Source: Ostreococcus lucimarinus
Lineage: Eukaryota
Direction: 5' to 3' (one strand)
NCBI GenBank assembly: GCA_000092065.1
Contig: CP000600.1
DNA: 64,000 nucleotides
Within the stretch, counting starts at the first letter, position 1. The number at the start of each line of letters is the position of its first letter. Positions 28,492 to 39,703 of this stretch are shown here, piece after piece. The translations under genes and the position numbers were made by a program. A model generated the notes under the pieces. The model was given only the letters and a program-made list of their open reading frames with translations. It made no database searches and was not told the DNA's origin.

Positions 28492-31400
28492 TTAAGCAGT
28501 GGCTTCAACTCCAGCCTTAACATCGTTCGTCGCCTCCGGCGTGTTCGCCTCAGACGGCGGAACTAACTGCCAGAACTTGGGCAAATAGTTGGCCCAGTCA
28601 GCGAGGATAGCCTTCGCCTTCGGCGAGTTCGTCTTCTCGGCGTGCGCGGAGATGAGACCCTTGAGTTGGGCCTCACCCGCCGGCGTGATCACGCGCTGCA
28701 TGGCGACAATCTCGCCGTTCACCTTGGATTCGAACGTACCGTCTTCGTCGAGGAAGTAACCGATGCCACCAGTCATACCCGCGCCAACGTTGCGGCCAAC
28801 CTTGCCGATCGCGACGACGCAACCACCCGTCATGTATTCGCAGCAGTGGTCGCCAGTGCCTTCAACGACCGCTTCACCGAGCGAGTTACGGACGGCGAAG
28901 CGTTCACCAGCGCGACCGCTGATAAACACTTGACCACCAGTGGCGCCGTACAAGCACGCGTTACCCGCGATGCTCGCCGACTCCGGCGCGAACGGAGAGT
29001 TCGGAGGAGGCATGATGGCAATCTCACCGCCACTCATGCTCTTCGCCACGTAATCGTTCGCTTCACCCACAAGTCGCACTTTCAGGCCACCGACAACGAA
29101 AGCACCGAAAGATTGACCGCTGGAACCCTCGATGTCTAAGGTGAGAGAACCAGCGAAGCCATTGTCGCCGTACTTCTTGGCGATTTGACCGGCGACGCGC
29201 GCCGTCGCGCAACGGTCGACGTTGACAATCTCCACCTTCTTCGTGTACGTGCCTTCGGTTTCGATGCACTTTTGGACTTCCGGATCGCTAAGGATCTTGT
29301 CATCGAGAACGATACCGTCGTTGTGCACCGGTTGCGCGATGCGGTCCGAGGAAGCGCCAGCCTCGCCAGAGGACGTGGTGAGGAAGGACAAGTCGAGAGA
29401 CGAAGTCTTCGCCGGCGCCTTGTCAATTTGGCTGAGCAAGTCGTTGCGACCGATGATCTCATCGAGAGATCTGTAACCCATTTGGGCGAGGATCTCGCGC
29501 ACTTCTTGCGCGGCGTACATGAAGAAGTTGACAAGATCGCTTGGCGCACCGGGGAAGCGCGCGCGAAGCTCTTCGCGCTGGGACGCAACACCAACGGGGC
29601 AGTTGTTGGTGTGGCAAATACGAGCCATGACGCAGCCAGTGGCAATCATCGCAACGGTACCGAAACCGTATTCATCGGCACCCATGAGAGCGGTTTGGAT
29701 GACGTCAAGACCGGAGCGGCAGCCACCATCGGCGCGCAAGACGACGCGCTCGCGAAGGCCATTCTCAACGAGAGTTCTGTGCGATTCGACGAGACCCATC
29801 TCCAACGGACCACCGCAGTGCTTGATGGACGACAAAGGAGACGCGCCGGTACCACCATCGCCACCCGAAATTTGGATGATGTCGGCGTTCGCCTTGGCGA
29901 CGCCGGACGCCACCGTGCCGATGCCCGCTTGGGACACGAGCTTCACGGACACCTTCGAGTTCTTGTTGACCATGTGCAAGTCATAGATGAGCTGCGCGAG
30001 ATCCTCAATGGAGTAGATGTCGTGATGCGGCGGCGGGGAGATGAGCGGGACACCAGCCTTGGATCGGCGGAGCCAGGCAATGTACGGGGAAACCTTCTTA
30101 CCCGGAAGCTGACCACCTTCTCCCGGCTTGGCACCTTGCGCCACCTTGATTTCGGTCTGGTTGGCAGACATCAAGAACGACGTCGTGACACCAAAGCGAC
30201 CGGAAGCGACTTGCTTGATAGCGGAAGACGCGACGTCGCCATTCTCCATGCCTCGAAGGTACGGGAACGTTTCAGACTTGCCATCCGCGGTGGCGTCAGT
30301 GATGGTTTCGAATCGCTTCGGGTCTTCGCCACCTTCACCAGAGTTGGATTTACCACCGATGCGGTTCATCGCGATGGCGATAGATTCGTGGCACTCTTGG
30401 GAGATAGCACCGAGAGACATACCACCCGTGCAGAAGCGCGTGCAAATGTCAGCGACGGATTCGACCTCATCGACGGAGATCGGTTGGCGGTCAGACTTGA
30501 TTTCGAGTTGATCGCGCAAGCACGTGTACGGACGATCGTTGCGGTGCGCTTGGTAGGCGCTCCAGAACTCATCATTCTTTTCACCACCACCGAGGCCAAC
30601 AGCCTTGTGAAGAAGCTTAGACATCTCTTGGTTGTTGCCGTGGTATTCCAATCCCGGCTTGACTTGGAACATACCGCGCGCCTCAACCTTGGCCATCTCT
30701 TCAGCCTCACCCGGGAAAGCGGACTGGACAAACATGTGCGTCTCCGCGGCAACTTCATCCATGGTGAGACCACCGATGCGGGAAACGGTGCCCTTGAAGG
30801 CGGTGTTGATGACTTCAGGCCCAAGACCGTAGCACTCGAAAATTTGCGCGCCTTGGTACGAGGTGATCAAAGAGATACCCATCTTAGACAAGATCTTCTT
30901 GAGACCCTTGTTGAGGGCATTCTTGAAGTTGACTTGCACACCTTCCACAGAGACATCACCCATCTTACCGCGCTGGATGGCGGTCTCGACCTTCGGGGAC
31001 TTTCTCCATGACCGGCAGGTTTCCAAAGCCAACCACGGGCACACAGCGTGTGCGCCGAAACCAACCAAGGTGGCAATGTGGTGCGTGCTGAACGCCGAAG
31101 CAGACTCCACGACGATAGACGCGCGGGTTCGAAGACCTTGCGCGATCAAGTAGTGGTGCACGGTACCAACAGCGAGAAGCGAGGGAATCGCGGGCGAGTC
31201 CGGACCTTGATCCGGACGATCCGTGATGACGATGCACTCGCTGCCGGCGCGAATCGCCGCGGCGGCCTCTTCGCAAAGCTTGTCAAGGCCAGCCTTGAGG
31301 GCACCAGCGGCACCACCAGCGGCGTAACGCGCGGCAATAGTTTGCGTCTTCAGCTTCGGGTGGTTCTTAATGTGCTCCAACTCAGAGTCGAAGAGGACCG

Positions 31401-33258
31401 GGGAGTCGAGCATGACCGGCGGCGTTTCCTTGCCTTGCGTGTCGAGCAAGTTGCCCTTCGCACCAAGAGTCATGGCCAAGGACATGACGAGACCCTCGCG
31501 AAGAGGGTCGATGGCGGGGTTGGTAACTTGCGCGAAGCGTTGCTTGAAGTAGTCATAAAGCAAGCGCGGTCGGCCAGACAAGACGGGCATCGGGGTGTCG
31601 TCGCCCATCGACCAAGTGGGTTCGATGGCATCGGACGCCATCGATTCAATGATCATCGTGATGTCTTCGGCGGCGTAACCGGCGCGAGCTTGGCACTCGA
31701 TGAGTTGGATCGGGTCCAGTTGCGTCGCGCCAATGGGTTCGATGCCCTTGACGCGATCGATGGCCTTCATCCATTCGCCGTACGGGAGGCGCGCGGAGAC
31801 TTCCTTCGCGATTTCCGTATTTTCCTTGAACTCGCCCGTCTCCAAATCAGCGTAAATCATCATACCCGGGCCGAGACGGCCCTTGGAGACGACATTGGAC
31901 GCGTTGGACATGACATCACCGAGGACACCAACTTCCGAGGCGACGTAGATGTAATCATCGGACGTGCGCCAGAAGCGCGCCGGGCGCAACCCGTTGCGGT
32001 CGAGGCGGGCGCCGAGCTGCTTGCCATCGGAGAAGACGAGCAACGCTGGACCATCCCACGCTTCTTGCATCCCAGCGTAATAATCGTAGAAATCATGAAC
32101 TTCCGGGAACGTCGCATCGAGTTCGGGGTGGTTGCGGTGCGCTTCTGGCACAAGCAACATCATAGTCTCCGCCGGCGCGCGGCCGGTTCTCACCAGGAGC
32201 TCCGCGACTCTGTCGAGGTTGGCGGAATCGGAGGCAGCCGGATTACAGATCGGGCGGAATTCCGGTTCACGACCGCCCCAGATCGGGTTCTCCATATCAG
32301 CTTCCTTAGACGCCATCCAGTTCAAGTTACCTTGAAGGGTGTTGATCTCACCGTTGTGTCCCAAGAAACGCATCGGTTGCGAGAGTGGCCACTTCGGCGT
32401 CGTGTTCGTGGAGAAACGGCGGTGGTAAATCGAGAACTGCGACTCGTAGTCGGGGTCTTCCAAATCCTTGTAGAACTTGCCCAACACCGCGGATCGAAGC
32501 ATACCCTTGTACACAATCGTGCGGGAGCTCAAGGTGCAAATGTAGAAGCTCTCAGCTAACACGGCGTCGGAGCTCGCCGACTTTTCGCACGTCTTGCGCG
32601 CGATGAACAACTTGCGCTCGAGCTCTTCGCGTTCCAAGCCCGCCCCGTCGACGAGAATCTGTTCGTGCACCGGGCACGTCATCTTCGCGAGCGGACCGAC
32701 GACGGAGTTGTCCACCGGAACCGCACGCCAACCGAGCACCTTGAGGCCTTCGGCGACGCAGCTCGCCTCAAGAATCTTCTTCGCCTCAGCCGCCTTGGCA
32801 CCGTCGGTGGGCAACATAACCATACCGACCGCCGAGGAGCCTTCAGAGAATCCACTGATACCATTCGCCGCGCACCACTTGTCCAAAAGCTTCCACGGAA
32901 TGTGCGTCATGACACCGACACCATCACCAGAGTCGTTGTCCGCCGAGCACGCCCCGCGGTGCTCCATGCACCCGACAGCCATCAAGGAATCTTTCACAGT
33001 CTTGTGCGTGCGCTCACCCTTCAACGAAGCGATGAAACCGACCCCGCACGCATCATGCTCTTCCAAAAGCTGCGTGTTATCCACCGCACCGCCTTCATAC
33101 ACGGGCCAATCGCCGTACACCGACCCTCGCTCCGCCAGGCACACCGTCTTCGCGCGGTCGCGTCCCGGCACGCGCACCGTCGAGCACTTGGGCAACGCCG
33201 CGGGCTTACGCAACGTCACCGGGGACGGAGTAAACTTCTGCGCGATGTAAATGATCAC
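28492..33258 (-). CDS. GLU1: Ferredoxin-dependent glutamate synthase (Fd-GOGAT), single 1588-aa polypeptide.
   Basis: Amidotransferase N-terminus with catalytic Cys (..[10 protein letters not shown]), central domain, FMN/Fe-S domain (..GGTGASP.., Cys cluster) and C-terminal GXGXG beta-helix domain. The length is typical of the Fd type rather than the NADH type. About 70-aa presequence. Confidence 0.9.
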   Translation of the reverse strand: MIIYIAQKFTPSPVTLRKPAALPKCSTVRVPGRDRAKTVCLAERGSVYGDWPVYEGGAVDNTQLLEEHDACGVGFIASLKGERTHKTVKDSLMAVGCMEHRGACSADNDSGDGVGVMTHIPWKLLDKWCAANGISGFSEGSSAVGMVMLPTDGAKAAEAKKILEASCVAEGLKVLGWRAVPVDNSVVGPLAKMTCPVHEQILVDGAGLEREELERKLFIARKTCEKSASSDAVLAESFYICTLSSRTIVYKGMLRSAVLGKFYKDLEDPDYESQFSIYHRRFSTNTTPKWPLSQPMRFLGHNGEINTLQGNLNWMASKEADMENPIWGGREPEFRPICNPAASDSANLDRVAELLVRTGRAPAETMMLLVPEAHRNHPELDATFPEVHDFYDYYAGMQEAWDGPALLVFSDGKQLGARLDRNGLRPARFWRTSDDYIYVASEVGVLGDVMSNASNVVSKGRLGPGMMIYADLETGEFKENTEIAKEVSARLPYGEWMKAIDRVKGIEPIGATQLDPIQLIECQARAGYAAEDITMIIESMASDAIEPTWSMGDDTPMPVLSGRPRLLYDYFKQRFAQVTNPAIDPLREGLVMSLAMTLGAKGNLLDTQGKETPPVMLDSPVLFDSELEHIKNHPKLKTQTIAARYAAGGAAGALKAGLDKLCEEAAAAIRAGSECIVITDRPDQGPDSPAIPSLLAVGTVHHYLIAQGLRTRASIVVESASAFSTHHIATLVGFGAHAVCPWLALETCRSWRKSPKVETAIQRGKMGDVSVEGVQVNFKNALNKGLKKILSKMGISLITSYQGAQIFECYGLGPEVINTAFKGTVSRIGGLTMDEVAAETHMFVQSAFPGEAEEMAKVEARGMFQVKPGLEYHGNNQEMSKLLHKAVGLGGGEKNDEFWSAYQAHRNDRPYTCLRDQLEIKSDRQPISVDEVESVADICTRFCTGGMSLGAISQECHESIAIAMNRIGGKSNSGEGGEDPKRFETITDATADGKSETFPYLRGMENGDVASSAIKQVASGRFGVTTSFLMSANQTEIKVAQGAKPGEGGQLPGKKVSPYIAWLRRSKAGVPLISPPPHHDIYSIEDLAQLIYDLHMVNKNSKVSVKLVSQAGIGTVASGVAKANADIIQISGGDGGTGASPLSSIKHCGGPLEMGLVESHRTLVENGLRERVVLRADGGCRSGLDVIQTALMGADEYGFGTVAMIATGCVMARICHTNNCPVGVASQREELRARFPGAPSDLVNFFMYAAQEVREILAQMGYRSLDEIIGRNDLLSQIDKAPAKTSSLDLSFLTTSSGEAGASSDRIAQPVHNDGIVLDDKILSDPEVQKCIETEGTYTKKVEIVNVDRCATARVAGQIAKKYGDNGFAGSLTLDIEGSSGQSFGAFVVGGLKVRLVGEANDYVAKSMSGGEIAIMPPPNSPFAPESASIAGNACLYGATGGQVFISGRAGERFAVRNSLGEAVVEGTGDHCCEYMTGGCVVAIGKVGRNVGAGMTGGIGYFLDEDGTFESKVNGEIVAMQRVITPAGEAQLKGLISAHAEKTNSPKAKAILADWANYLPKFWQLVPPSEANTPEATNDVKAGVEATA

Positions 33259-33962
33259 ACTCTACCGTCAGTCTTCTTCGTTCGACGTTCGATCGACGCC
33301 TTCGCGCCTCGCCTTCGGCCCGTCTTTTAAACGCGCATTCGCCGTTCGTGATTCGTCGCGGGGTGACTCTTGGAAAACAAGCCCTAACCCCCTTCGCGCG
33401 TCGTCGCGCGCGTCTTACGCACCGCTTGGTTCCCCAACGCGCGCATCGTGCCCGCGCTCGCGCTCGCGACGTTTTTGTTACGCATCGCCTGCGCGTGTGC
33501 ACCATTTTTCGCCCCCACGCGCGCGCGATGGCGACGCGCGCGCGCATCCGTCACCGCGACGGGGCTTACGCGCGCGCCCATCGCTTGCATCGCCTTCGCT
33601 CGCTCGCGCGCCCTTCCGGCGCGCGCACGATCGCGACGACGATCAAAGAATTAACCAACCGTTCGTTCGTCCGCTTCGCGCACGACCGATCGTCAAGTCG
33701 CGACGTCACCGGTCGCGTTCTGACGTCGCGCGCGCGCAATCGCGTCGCCTTCGCGAAACGGTTCCGGTCGCCGTCGTCGTTTTTTTCATCACAAAGGCGA
33801 ATTCGTGTCTTCTCTACGCGAGTTTTGCGATCGACCGCGGTGACGTCGCGCGAGTGGATCGAATGTCGGGTGTCTCGGCACCTCGCCTGTGTGACAGTGT
33901 GACACCTGCGACACGGCCAGCATTGCGCGTCGCGCGCGCGGTGGGACGCGGAAGCCGAAAGA

Positions 33963-36506
33963 ATGGAGTCGAAAAATAAAGCTTCGCGTGAACGGACGCG
34001 AACGCGGCGAGCGCGGCGAGCGTCGATTGGGTGTCGCGCTTTCGCGGCGTTGGCGAGTTGGTGCTGCGCGTCGCGGGCGCGAGGCGCGCACGGACGCTCG
34101 TGCGGGACGTGGGACGTCGCGCGGGTGGCGAACGTGGTGAATGGAATTGAAATTATGATCAGTGGGGGCTCGAGGGTGGAGGAAGCGCCGCGGACGGTGT
34201 GGGTGAATGGACGAGAGCGCTGCGCGAGCGAGTCGTTCTCGACGACGGCGACGACGGCGACATGCGTCATCGTCGAAGCGAACGAAAGAGCGCTGCGTGC
34301 GGCGAGAGATTTTGTGCGAGAGTTTACGTCAGTAGGTCGTGTGCAAGTGTGGGTGGCGAGTTTGCCGCCACGACTGATCGTGGACGCAACGACGAATACG
34401 CGGCACGCGTTGCGTACGATGGACGACGTCCTGAACGCGACGCGGACGGAGACGGAGACGAAAGAAGCGGATTTCAGGGTTGCTACCACCCGTGTTTACG
34501 CGTCATTCACCGTCGATGATCGCCAGTACGAAGAGAGCGCGGAGTATAAAGCCTTTGTCATCGCAACGAGTCACGCGCTCGATTCAACATCAAGGATGAG
34601 AACGCCAATCGATCCGCCTCGCGCGGGTGGCGCCGAAATATTTCGTCTCGACCTTGCAAACGCAACAAAGACGATCGAATTCATTGATCATCACCGAACG
34701 CGGTCGTTTTATCGCGTGACGTGTTGCGTTTCGGTTGGGCGATCGACTTTTGTACTATCCTTCGACGACGGCTCAGAGTGCACCGTGCGGTCGCCGAGTC
34801 GCGATCCAGTAAGACACTTGCGAGGAACAACCAATGATCCTTGCGTCGCCAAAGATCTCAGCCTACCTTATCCGGACGATATCACGTTAGAGTTTACGCC
34901 AAGCGAGCGAGCGACGTTCGACGAGTACCGAGGATTTTATCGTGGAAGTTACGAGAAAATGATGCGAGCCAAATCGAAATTTGCGCTCGCGGTGAGATTT
35001 GATGAAGGCCCGCGCTTGAGAGCTACGGCGCGTTTTCGAGGTGTATCCTCATTTCGAGATTGTGAACGGCGAAAGAGTCTCACCGTAGAGCTCGACGGGC
35101 GAGGCGTGCGCTTGATGCCTGGTTCCTTCGGGACAAAATTCCTGCTGATCAGCCTGTGCATCGATGATCGATACGTAAAGACACACCTCGTGTTGTCGAT
35201 GGCGAAGGCGCTCGGGACGTTTCCGCACGCTTTTCGATACGTCAGGTTAAAAATACGCACACGTGGTCAGAAAAGAGTGGAACATTCTGGCTTATACCTG
35301 CTCATGGATGACCCAAAGTCTTCGCTCGAGCGCGCGCACAATCAGCTCTCCGTCGTCGTGCGCCGACGGTTCGATCCAGCGAGGAAGAATTTTACCAGTT
35401 CCAAGGGTGTGCCCGAAGTGAAATCTTATCCAAATACAGATATTGAAGCAATCGCAGGTCGCGTACGATACGAACGCGTCGTTCTCGCAAGCGAGAGCTG
35501 CGAAGATAAAGCTTGTTTCGACGTTTTGAACAATTTGATCGACCTAGAAGGCTACCTTAGTTGGATGGCGCTGATGACGTGGGTCGAGTCGGGCGATTAC
35601 GTCGATGAACTCTGGTTATACGCATCAAATGAGAATGATGGGAAGCACCGTTTCAAAGTTCACGCGTGGGACCCTGACGATTCTTTTGAGTCTTGTCATC
35701 ACGGCGGCGAAGATGCAATCGTTGGGCTAGGCAATCTCCTGTACTGCGCGGAGGGCGCCATCGATCGCGTACTCGTACGATCTGAAAGCATGCGTGCTCA
35801 TTACATCAAGATTCTCAACGAAGTTCTTCGAGATAGACTAAACGAGCGAGCACTTCGGGAGATCGTTGATGCGCAAGAAGGACAAATTCGTCGGCTCCTC
35901 AACGACGATGACACCGCTCTCGGCCTGCTTGAGCTTCGGGAAATCGAGCCATCGATCGATAGCGCGACGGAGGCTGTGAGTGAAATCATCGGTTCATTGC
36001 GTTATTACAGAGACGTGATAAATTTTCGCAGACGTTCCTTGTTGCGCGACGCAGAAGCTTACGCATCATTCGACCCGAGCGCCACGGCGTGGACGTCGCA
36101 ACCAACGGCGGACGATTGCGACGATGGTGCGCCTACATTAGTGACGCAAGTACGAAGTTATGATAGGATTGATCAAGATATTTTGCTCAAAGTCAGTGGT
36201 AATGGTGGATCATACGCGCTGAACGTGTCTTTTGATCCCATCGTTGTCTACAATGGCTCGACGTACGTCGCCACGCGAGACGAGTTCGTGCTGGAGAGAT
36301 GGTCTTCTGAACAACACGAAAATGTCACACGCATGGCGATGTCATCGCCATGCGTGAGAACTTTCATCGGGGGTGGATACATCGTTCTGAGTTCCATTTG
36401 CGATGACTCAATCCCTCACATGTTTTCACTGCATCATCGATTCTGGCATGGTTTTGCCAACGCGTCTTCGCCGATGATAGTTAGTCGCCTACTCGGATGT
36501 GTGTGA
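33963..36506 (+). CDS. CotH-like protein (atypical-kinase fold) with a signal-peptide-like N-terminus. Tentative.
   Basis: Hydrophobic N-terminal segment (RAFAALASWCCASRARGA). The central region (VELDGRGVRLMPGSFGTKFLLISLCIDDRYVKTHLVLSMAKALG...YVRLKIRTRGQKRVEHSGLYLLMDDPKSSL; WDPDDSFESCHHGGEDAIVGLGNL) resembles CotH-domain proteins. Family assignment is from motif-level resemblance only. Confidence 0.45.
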   Translation: MESKNKASRERTRTRRARRASIGCRAFAALASWCCASRARGAHGRSCGTWDVARVANVVNGIEIMISGGSRVEEAPRTVWVNGRERCASESFSTTATTATCVIVEANERALRAARDFVREFTSVGRVQVWVASLPPRLIVDATTNTRHALRTMDDVLNATRTETETKEADFRVATTRVYASFTVDDRQYEESAEYKAFVIATSHALDSTSRMRTPIDPPRAGGAEIFRLDLANATKTIEFIDHHRTRSFYRVTCCVSVGRSTFVLSFDDGSECTVRSPSRDPVRHLRGTTNDPCVAKDLSLPYPDDITLEFTPSERATFDEYRGFYRGSYEKMMRAKSKFALAVRFDEGPRLRATARFRGVSSFRDCERRKSLTVELDGRGVRLMPGSFGTKFLLISLCIDDRYVKTHLVLSMAKALGTFPHAFRYVRLKIRTRGQKRVEHSGLYLLMDDPKSSLERAHNQLSVVVRRRFDPARKNFTSSKGVPEVKSYPNTDIEAIAGRVRYERVVLASESCEDKACFDVLNNLIDLEGYLSWMALMTWVESGDYVDELWLYASNENDGKHRFKVHAWDPDDSFESCHHGGEDAIVGLGNLLYCAEGAIDRVLVRSESMRAHYIKILNEVLRDRLNERALREIVDAQEGQIRRLLNDDDTALGLLELREIEPSIDSATEAVSEIIGSLRYYRDVINFRRRSLLRDAEAYASFDPSATAWTSQPTADDCDDGAPTLVTQVRSYDRIDQDILLKVSGNGGSYALNVSFDPIVVYNGSTYVATRDEFVLERWSSEQHENVTRMAMSSPCVRTFIGGGYIVLSSICDDSIPHMFSLHHRFWHGFANASSPMIVSRLLGCV

Positions 36507-36529
36507 TGCATCTAAGTTGTATAGCAATC

Positions 36530-37459
36530 CTACTGCGGCGCTTCTGGGACCGGCGCCGCGGATTTCCACTCTGGTTTGAGCCCCCACAAACCCATATTCG
36601 GCCCACGTCTCGTCAAAAGCGCGATTTCGCCCAAGTTTGTCTTTAGCCAATCCACCGGTTGCTTCGTCTCGAGGATCAGCTGCTTCAGACTCCAATACGG
36701 TTGTCGCTCGAACAACCCGAAGAGGACATTTTCCAGGGCCTTCTTTTCCATGCGTTCCTTCTTTTCCTTCTTATTTGATGCGGCGTCGGTGAACCGAATC
36801 AAGTTTCTCGCCTTGGGCAGCGGCGCGAAACGCATCTCAGACGAGCTCTGCGTTACTCTCGTCTTAGTCTGTGCCTGAATCATGCGATCTTTACTAACTC
36901 TATGGTAATCGACATCGTCGATCGATGTCGGACGCATGTCTAACTTCAAGTCCACTTTGGCCTCGAGGGTGATGTCCGCCTGCCCGCTCGTCGTCCCCTC
37001 GCGAACGTCGGAAAACACGCGCATCGGCATATCACTCGGCTGATTGGCTAAAATGTACTGCTTCGGCACGCCGTTCGCCTCTTTTCCGGTGAGTTCCATG
37101 ATCGCGTGCGTCATGTGCTTGGTTTTGTCCTCCTGGAACGGGTCGACGAAGACGCGAACTGTGCCGATGGCGGGCTCGTCCTCCTCCTTGGTGTCCGTAT
37201 CCATGTCATCATCATCCGCCATCGCCTGCTTACTCGCCGCCGCGGCTTCGTGGAACACTCGCGAAACAAATTTCGGCACCTTGACTAACCACGCGTTGCG
37301 ATCGCCCCGCGTGGTGTCGAGCGCGGTGGGCCACAAATACGCCTTGAGCGCGTCGACGACGGCTTCTGGAATGTCCGCCTCCTTAATCCCGAGAATCTTG
37401 CACGCCTGGTGTCGCCAGTGCGCGCGATACATCGACGGTGGACCATCCTTTCTCCACAC
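36530..37459 (-). CDS. GTF2F2: Transcription initiation factor IIF subunit beta (TFIIF-beta/RAP30), with an unusual ~45-aa N-terminal extension.
   Basis: ...NAWLVKVPKFVSRVF... matches the N-terminal VWLVKVPKYL motif. The C-terminal winged helix (KALENVLFGLFERQPYWSLKQLILETKQPVDWLKTNLGEIALL...WGLKPEWK) matches the RAP30 C-terminus (LFSAFEKHQYYNLKDLVDITKQPVVYLKEIL...WELKPEY). Confidence 0.75.
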   Translation of the reverse strand: MWRKDGPPSMYRAHWRHQACKILGIKEADIPEAVVDALKAYLWPTALDTTRGDRNAWLVKVPKFVSRVFHEAAAASKQAMADDDDMDTDTKEEDEPAIGTVRVFVDPFQEDKTKHMTHAIMELTGKEANGVPKQYILANQPSDMPMRVFSDVREGTTSGQADITLEAKVDLKLDMRPTSIDDVDYHRVSKDRMIQAQTKTRVTQSSSEMRFAPLPKARNLIRFTDAASNKKEKKERMEKKALENVLFGLFERQPYWSLKQLILETKQPVDWLKTNLGEIALLTRRGPNMGLWGLKPEWKSAAPVPEAPQ

Positions 37460-37792
37460 TGGATCGTCATACTTCTCCGCACCCGCCCTGTGATGGATGA
37501 AACGCGCGCGTCGCTCGGTCAGTCGGCCCGTTCGCCCGGCGAGATCGACTCAAAACTTCCCCATCATCGCCCTCAACCTCCCTCCCGCCGCGCGTCGCGA
37601 CCGCGCACTGCGCGCACACGTACCCTAATCGCTCGTGATTCAACAATCCGAGCACCTGTTTCACCTTCCCCGCCGCCGTTCGCTTCTTCGTCAACCAATC
37701 CTTGATCGCCTGTTGCAACTCCTCCGAGTTCGCCGGCAACTCCTCGTCCTGCGTTCGCCATCGCGGCATCGCGCGCGCGTCGTCAGTCACCA

Positions 37793-37824
<32 letters not shown>

Positions 37825-38288
37825 CCTCGCGTCCCGCGCGTCGTCCGTCTCGTCCCCGCGCGCGTTCGCCTCCGCCCATCCATCCGTCGTCGTCGTTTCC
37901 TCGTCGTTTCCTCCCCCCCCCGCGCCGTCGCCGACGTCCTCGCGCGCGCGCGTCGCACCTCTTCGCTCATCCTCGCGCCTCCGCGCCGTCGCGCGCCCGT
38001 CGTCGTGTGCGGCGGCGTCCCGCGCGCGCGCGACGTCGCCGCGCCGAAATCCTCGCCTCGGCGCCCGCCGCCGACGTCGTCGCTGTGTACCCATACACCC
38101 GTACCCTTGAGTCGTGAACCGTCGACAAAAAGCACGGTCGCGCATCCATCGATCGCGTCGATCGCTCGCGCGCGCGCGACCCGCGCGGCGTCGATCGCTC
38201 GCGCGCGCCCGACCTCGCGACGCGGGTCGACGACGATCGCGCGTCGCGATCCGACGAACCGGGCACCCTCGACCGCACCGCGCGACCG

Positions 38289-39344
38289 ATGGATCGACAC
38301 GCGTTCTTCGCCGCGCAGGCGTGGTTGACGGCGACGACGACGCGCGCGCGCGACGGCGCGCGTGCGAGCGACGACGGCGACGGCGACGACGGCGCGACGC
38401 GCGAGCGCGAGGAGATATACGCCGGGACGTGCTCGTTTTCGTGCGCGGACGAGGAGCAGTACGAGACGCGGGCGATCGCGACGATGGACGGCGACGACGC
38501 GGCGGACGACGGGGAGGACGACGCGGCGGACGACGGGGAGGAGGACGCGGCGGAGAATGGAAGAGGGCGACGGCGCGCGCGGCCGCGCGGCGCGCTGGCG
38601 AGAGATGCGCAGCACTTGACGTTCGGGACGACGGCGACGCTGCGCGACCCGGCGAGCGTTCGAGTGTCGTTCGCGGCGGTGAAAACGACGTTCGGAGCGA
38701 GCTCGGGAACGGGGTCGGGATCGACGAGCGTGGGGGATGCGACGACGGCGAACGCGCGCGCGCGAATTGAGCTCGAGTGTGAGCTCGACGGTCAGACGTA
38801 CAGGATGTCGACGCGAACGTGCCGCGCCGTCGTGAAATCGTTCAAGGAGACGGCGCGATCGGGGCACACCGAGGCTTTTCCGCGGTATTTGAGCGTCATT
38901 TTCCCTCACGTCACCATGAACGTATACTCTGCCGCGGAATCCGACGCTTCGTGGGACGGTTTGCGCGCGCTCGCGCGCGCTTTGACGGACCCCGCGCTCG
39001 CGACGACGAAGACGACGACGACGACGAGCGAAAACTACGACGACGGACACGACACCGACCCCGACGGAAACGATCCGAGTCCAGTGGGCGTGGGGAAGCC
39101 GAATCCTCTTCCACGTTCGATCGGGAACGAGATCGATCTCGAGACTGTCGCGCTCGCGGACGCCGACGCCTTTGCCGCGCAGCGTTTCGCCGCCGACGCT
39201 CTCTGCGACGCCGCTCGGCTCCTCGTCGCCGACGGCGATCCGTGGCGAACGCTTTCGCACGACTTGCTCGCTCACGGCGTGCGCGACGTTTTCGCGGACG
39301 ATCCATCCGCGTACGCCGGGCGCGCTTTTCCAGGCGACAAGTAA
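38289..39344 (+). CDS. Hypothetical protein of 351 aa with an acidic N-terminal third and a Thr-rich linker.
   Basis: Balanced composition in the core (IELECELDGQTYRMSTRTCRAVVKSFKETARSGHTEAFPRYLSVIFPHVTMNVYSAAESDASWDG). The overlapping minus-strand 629-aa ORF is Arg-rich and was rejected. No family recognised. Confidence 0.4.
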   Translation: MDRHAFFAAQAWLTATTTRARDGARASDDGDGDDGATREREEIYAGTCSFSCADEEQYETRAIATMDGDDAADDGEDDAADDGEEDAAENGRGRRRARPRGALARDAQHLTFGTTATLRDPASVRVSFAAVKTTFGASSGTGSGSTSVGDATTANARARIELECELDGQTYRMSTRTCRAVVKSFKETARSGHTEAFPRYLSVIFPHVTMNVYSAAESDASWDGLRALARALTDPALATTKTTTTTSENYDDGHDTDPDGNDPSPVGVGKPNPLPRSIGNEIDLETVALADADAFAAQRFAADALCDAARLLVADGDPWRTLSHDLLAHGVRDVFADDPSAYAGRAFPGDK

Positions 39345-39703
39345 AAGCGTGGACATCCAACCGGGCGATGCGAATCGTCGTATGCGTAAACAGTATGCTC
39401 ATGCGAATCGACAGGGGAGGGCGCCAGCGTGGTTGTCGCGAGGCGCGCCCGCGCCCGTACACCGAGTCGTGCGCTTTCGTCCTGTCGGCGATCGCGCGCG
39501 CGCGGCGCCGAGCGCTCGATCGCGAACGTTCATCCGTAAACGTCTCGATCGCACGCGCGCGCGTCGCGGACGGACGCGTCGTCGCGCGAGCCAGGCGACG
39601 CGCAAAGATCGACGCTCACGCGTTTTCACCCTTCGCGCGTCGTTCACGCGTTTTCCGCGCTTGACGACGCCGCGCGCATCGCACGCGCGCGCATCGACGC
39701 GAA

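Noticed and set aside
37467-39356. 629-aa minus-strand ORF spanning 1.9 kb.
   Set aside because: Most of it is Arg-rich low complexity, antisense to the better-composed plus-strand gene 38289..39344. Only its last ~100 codons (37467..37790) look coding-like, and these are discussed as a finding.
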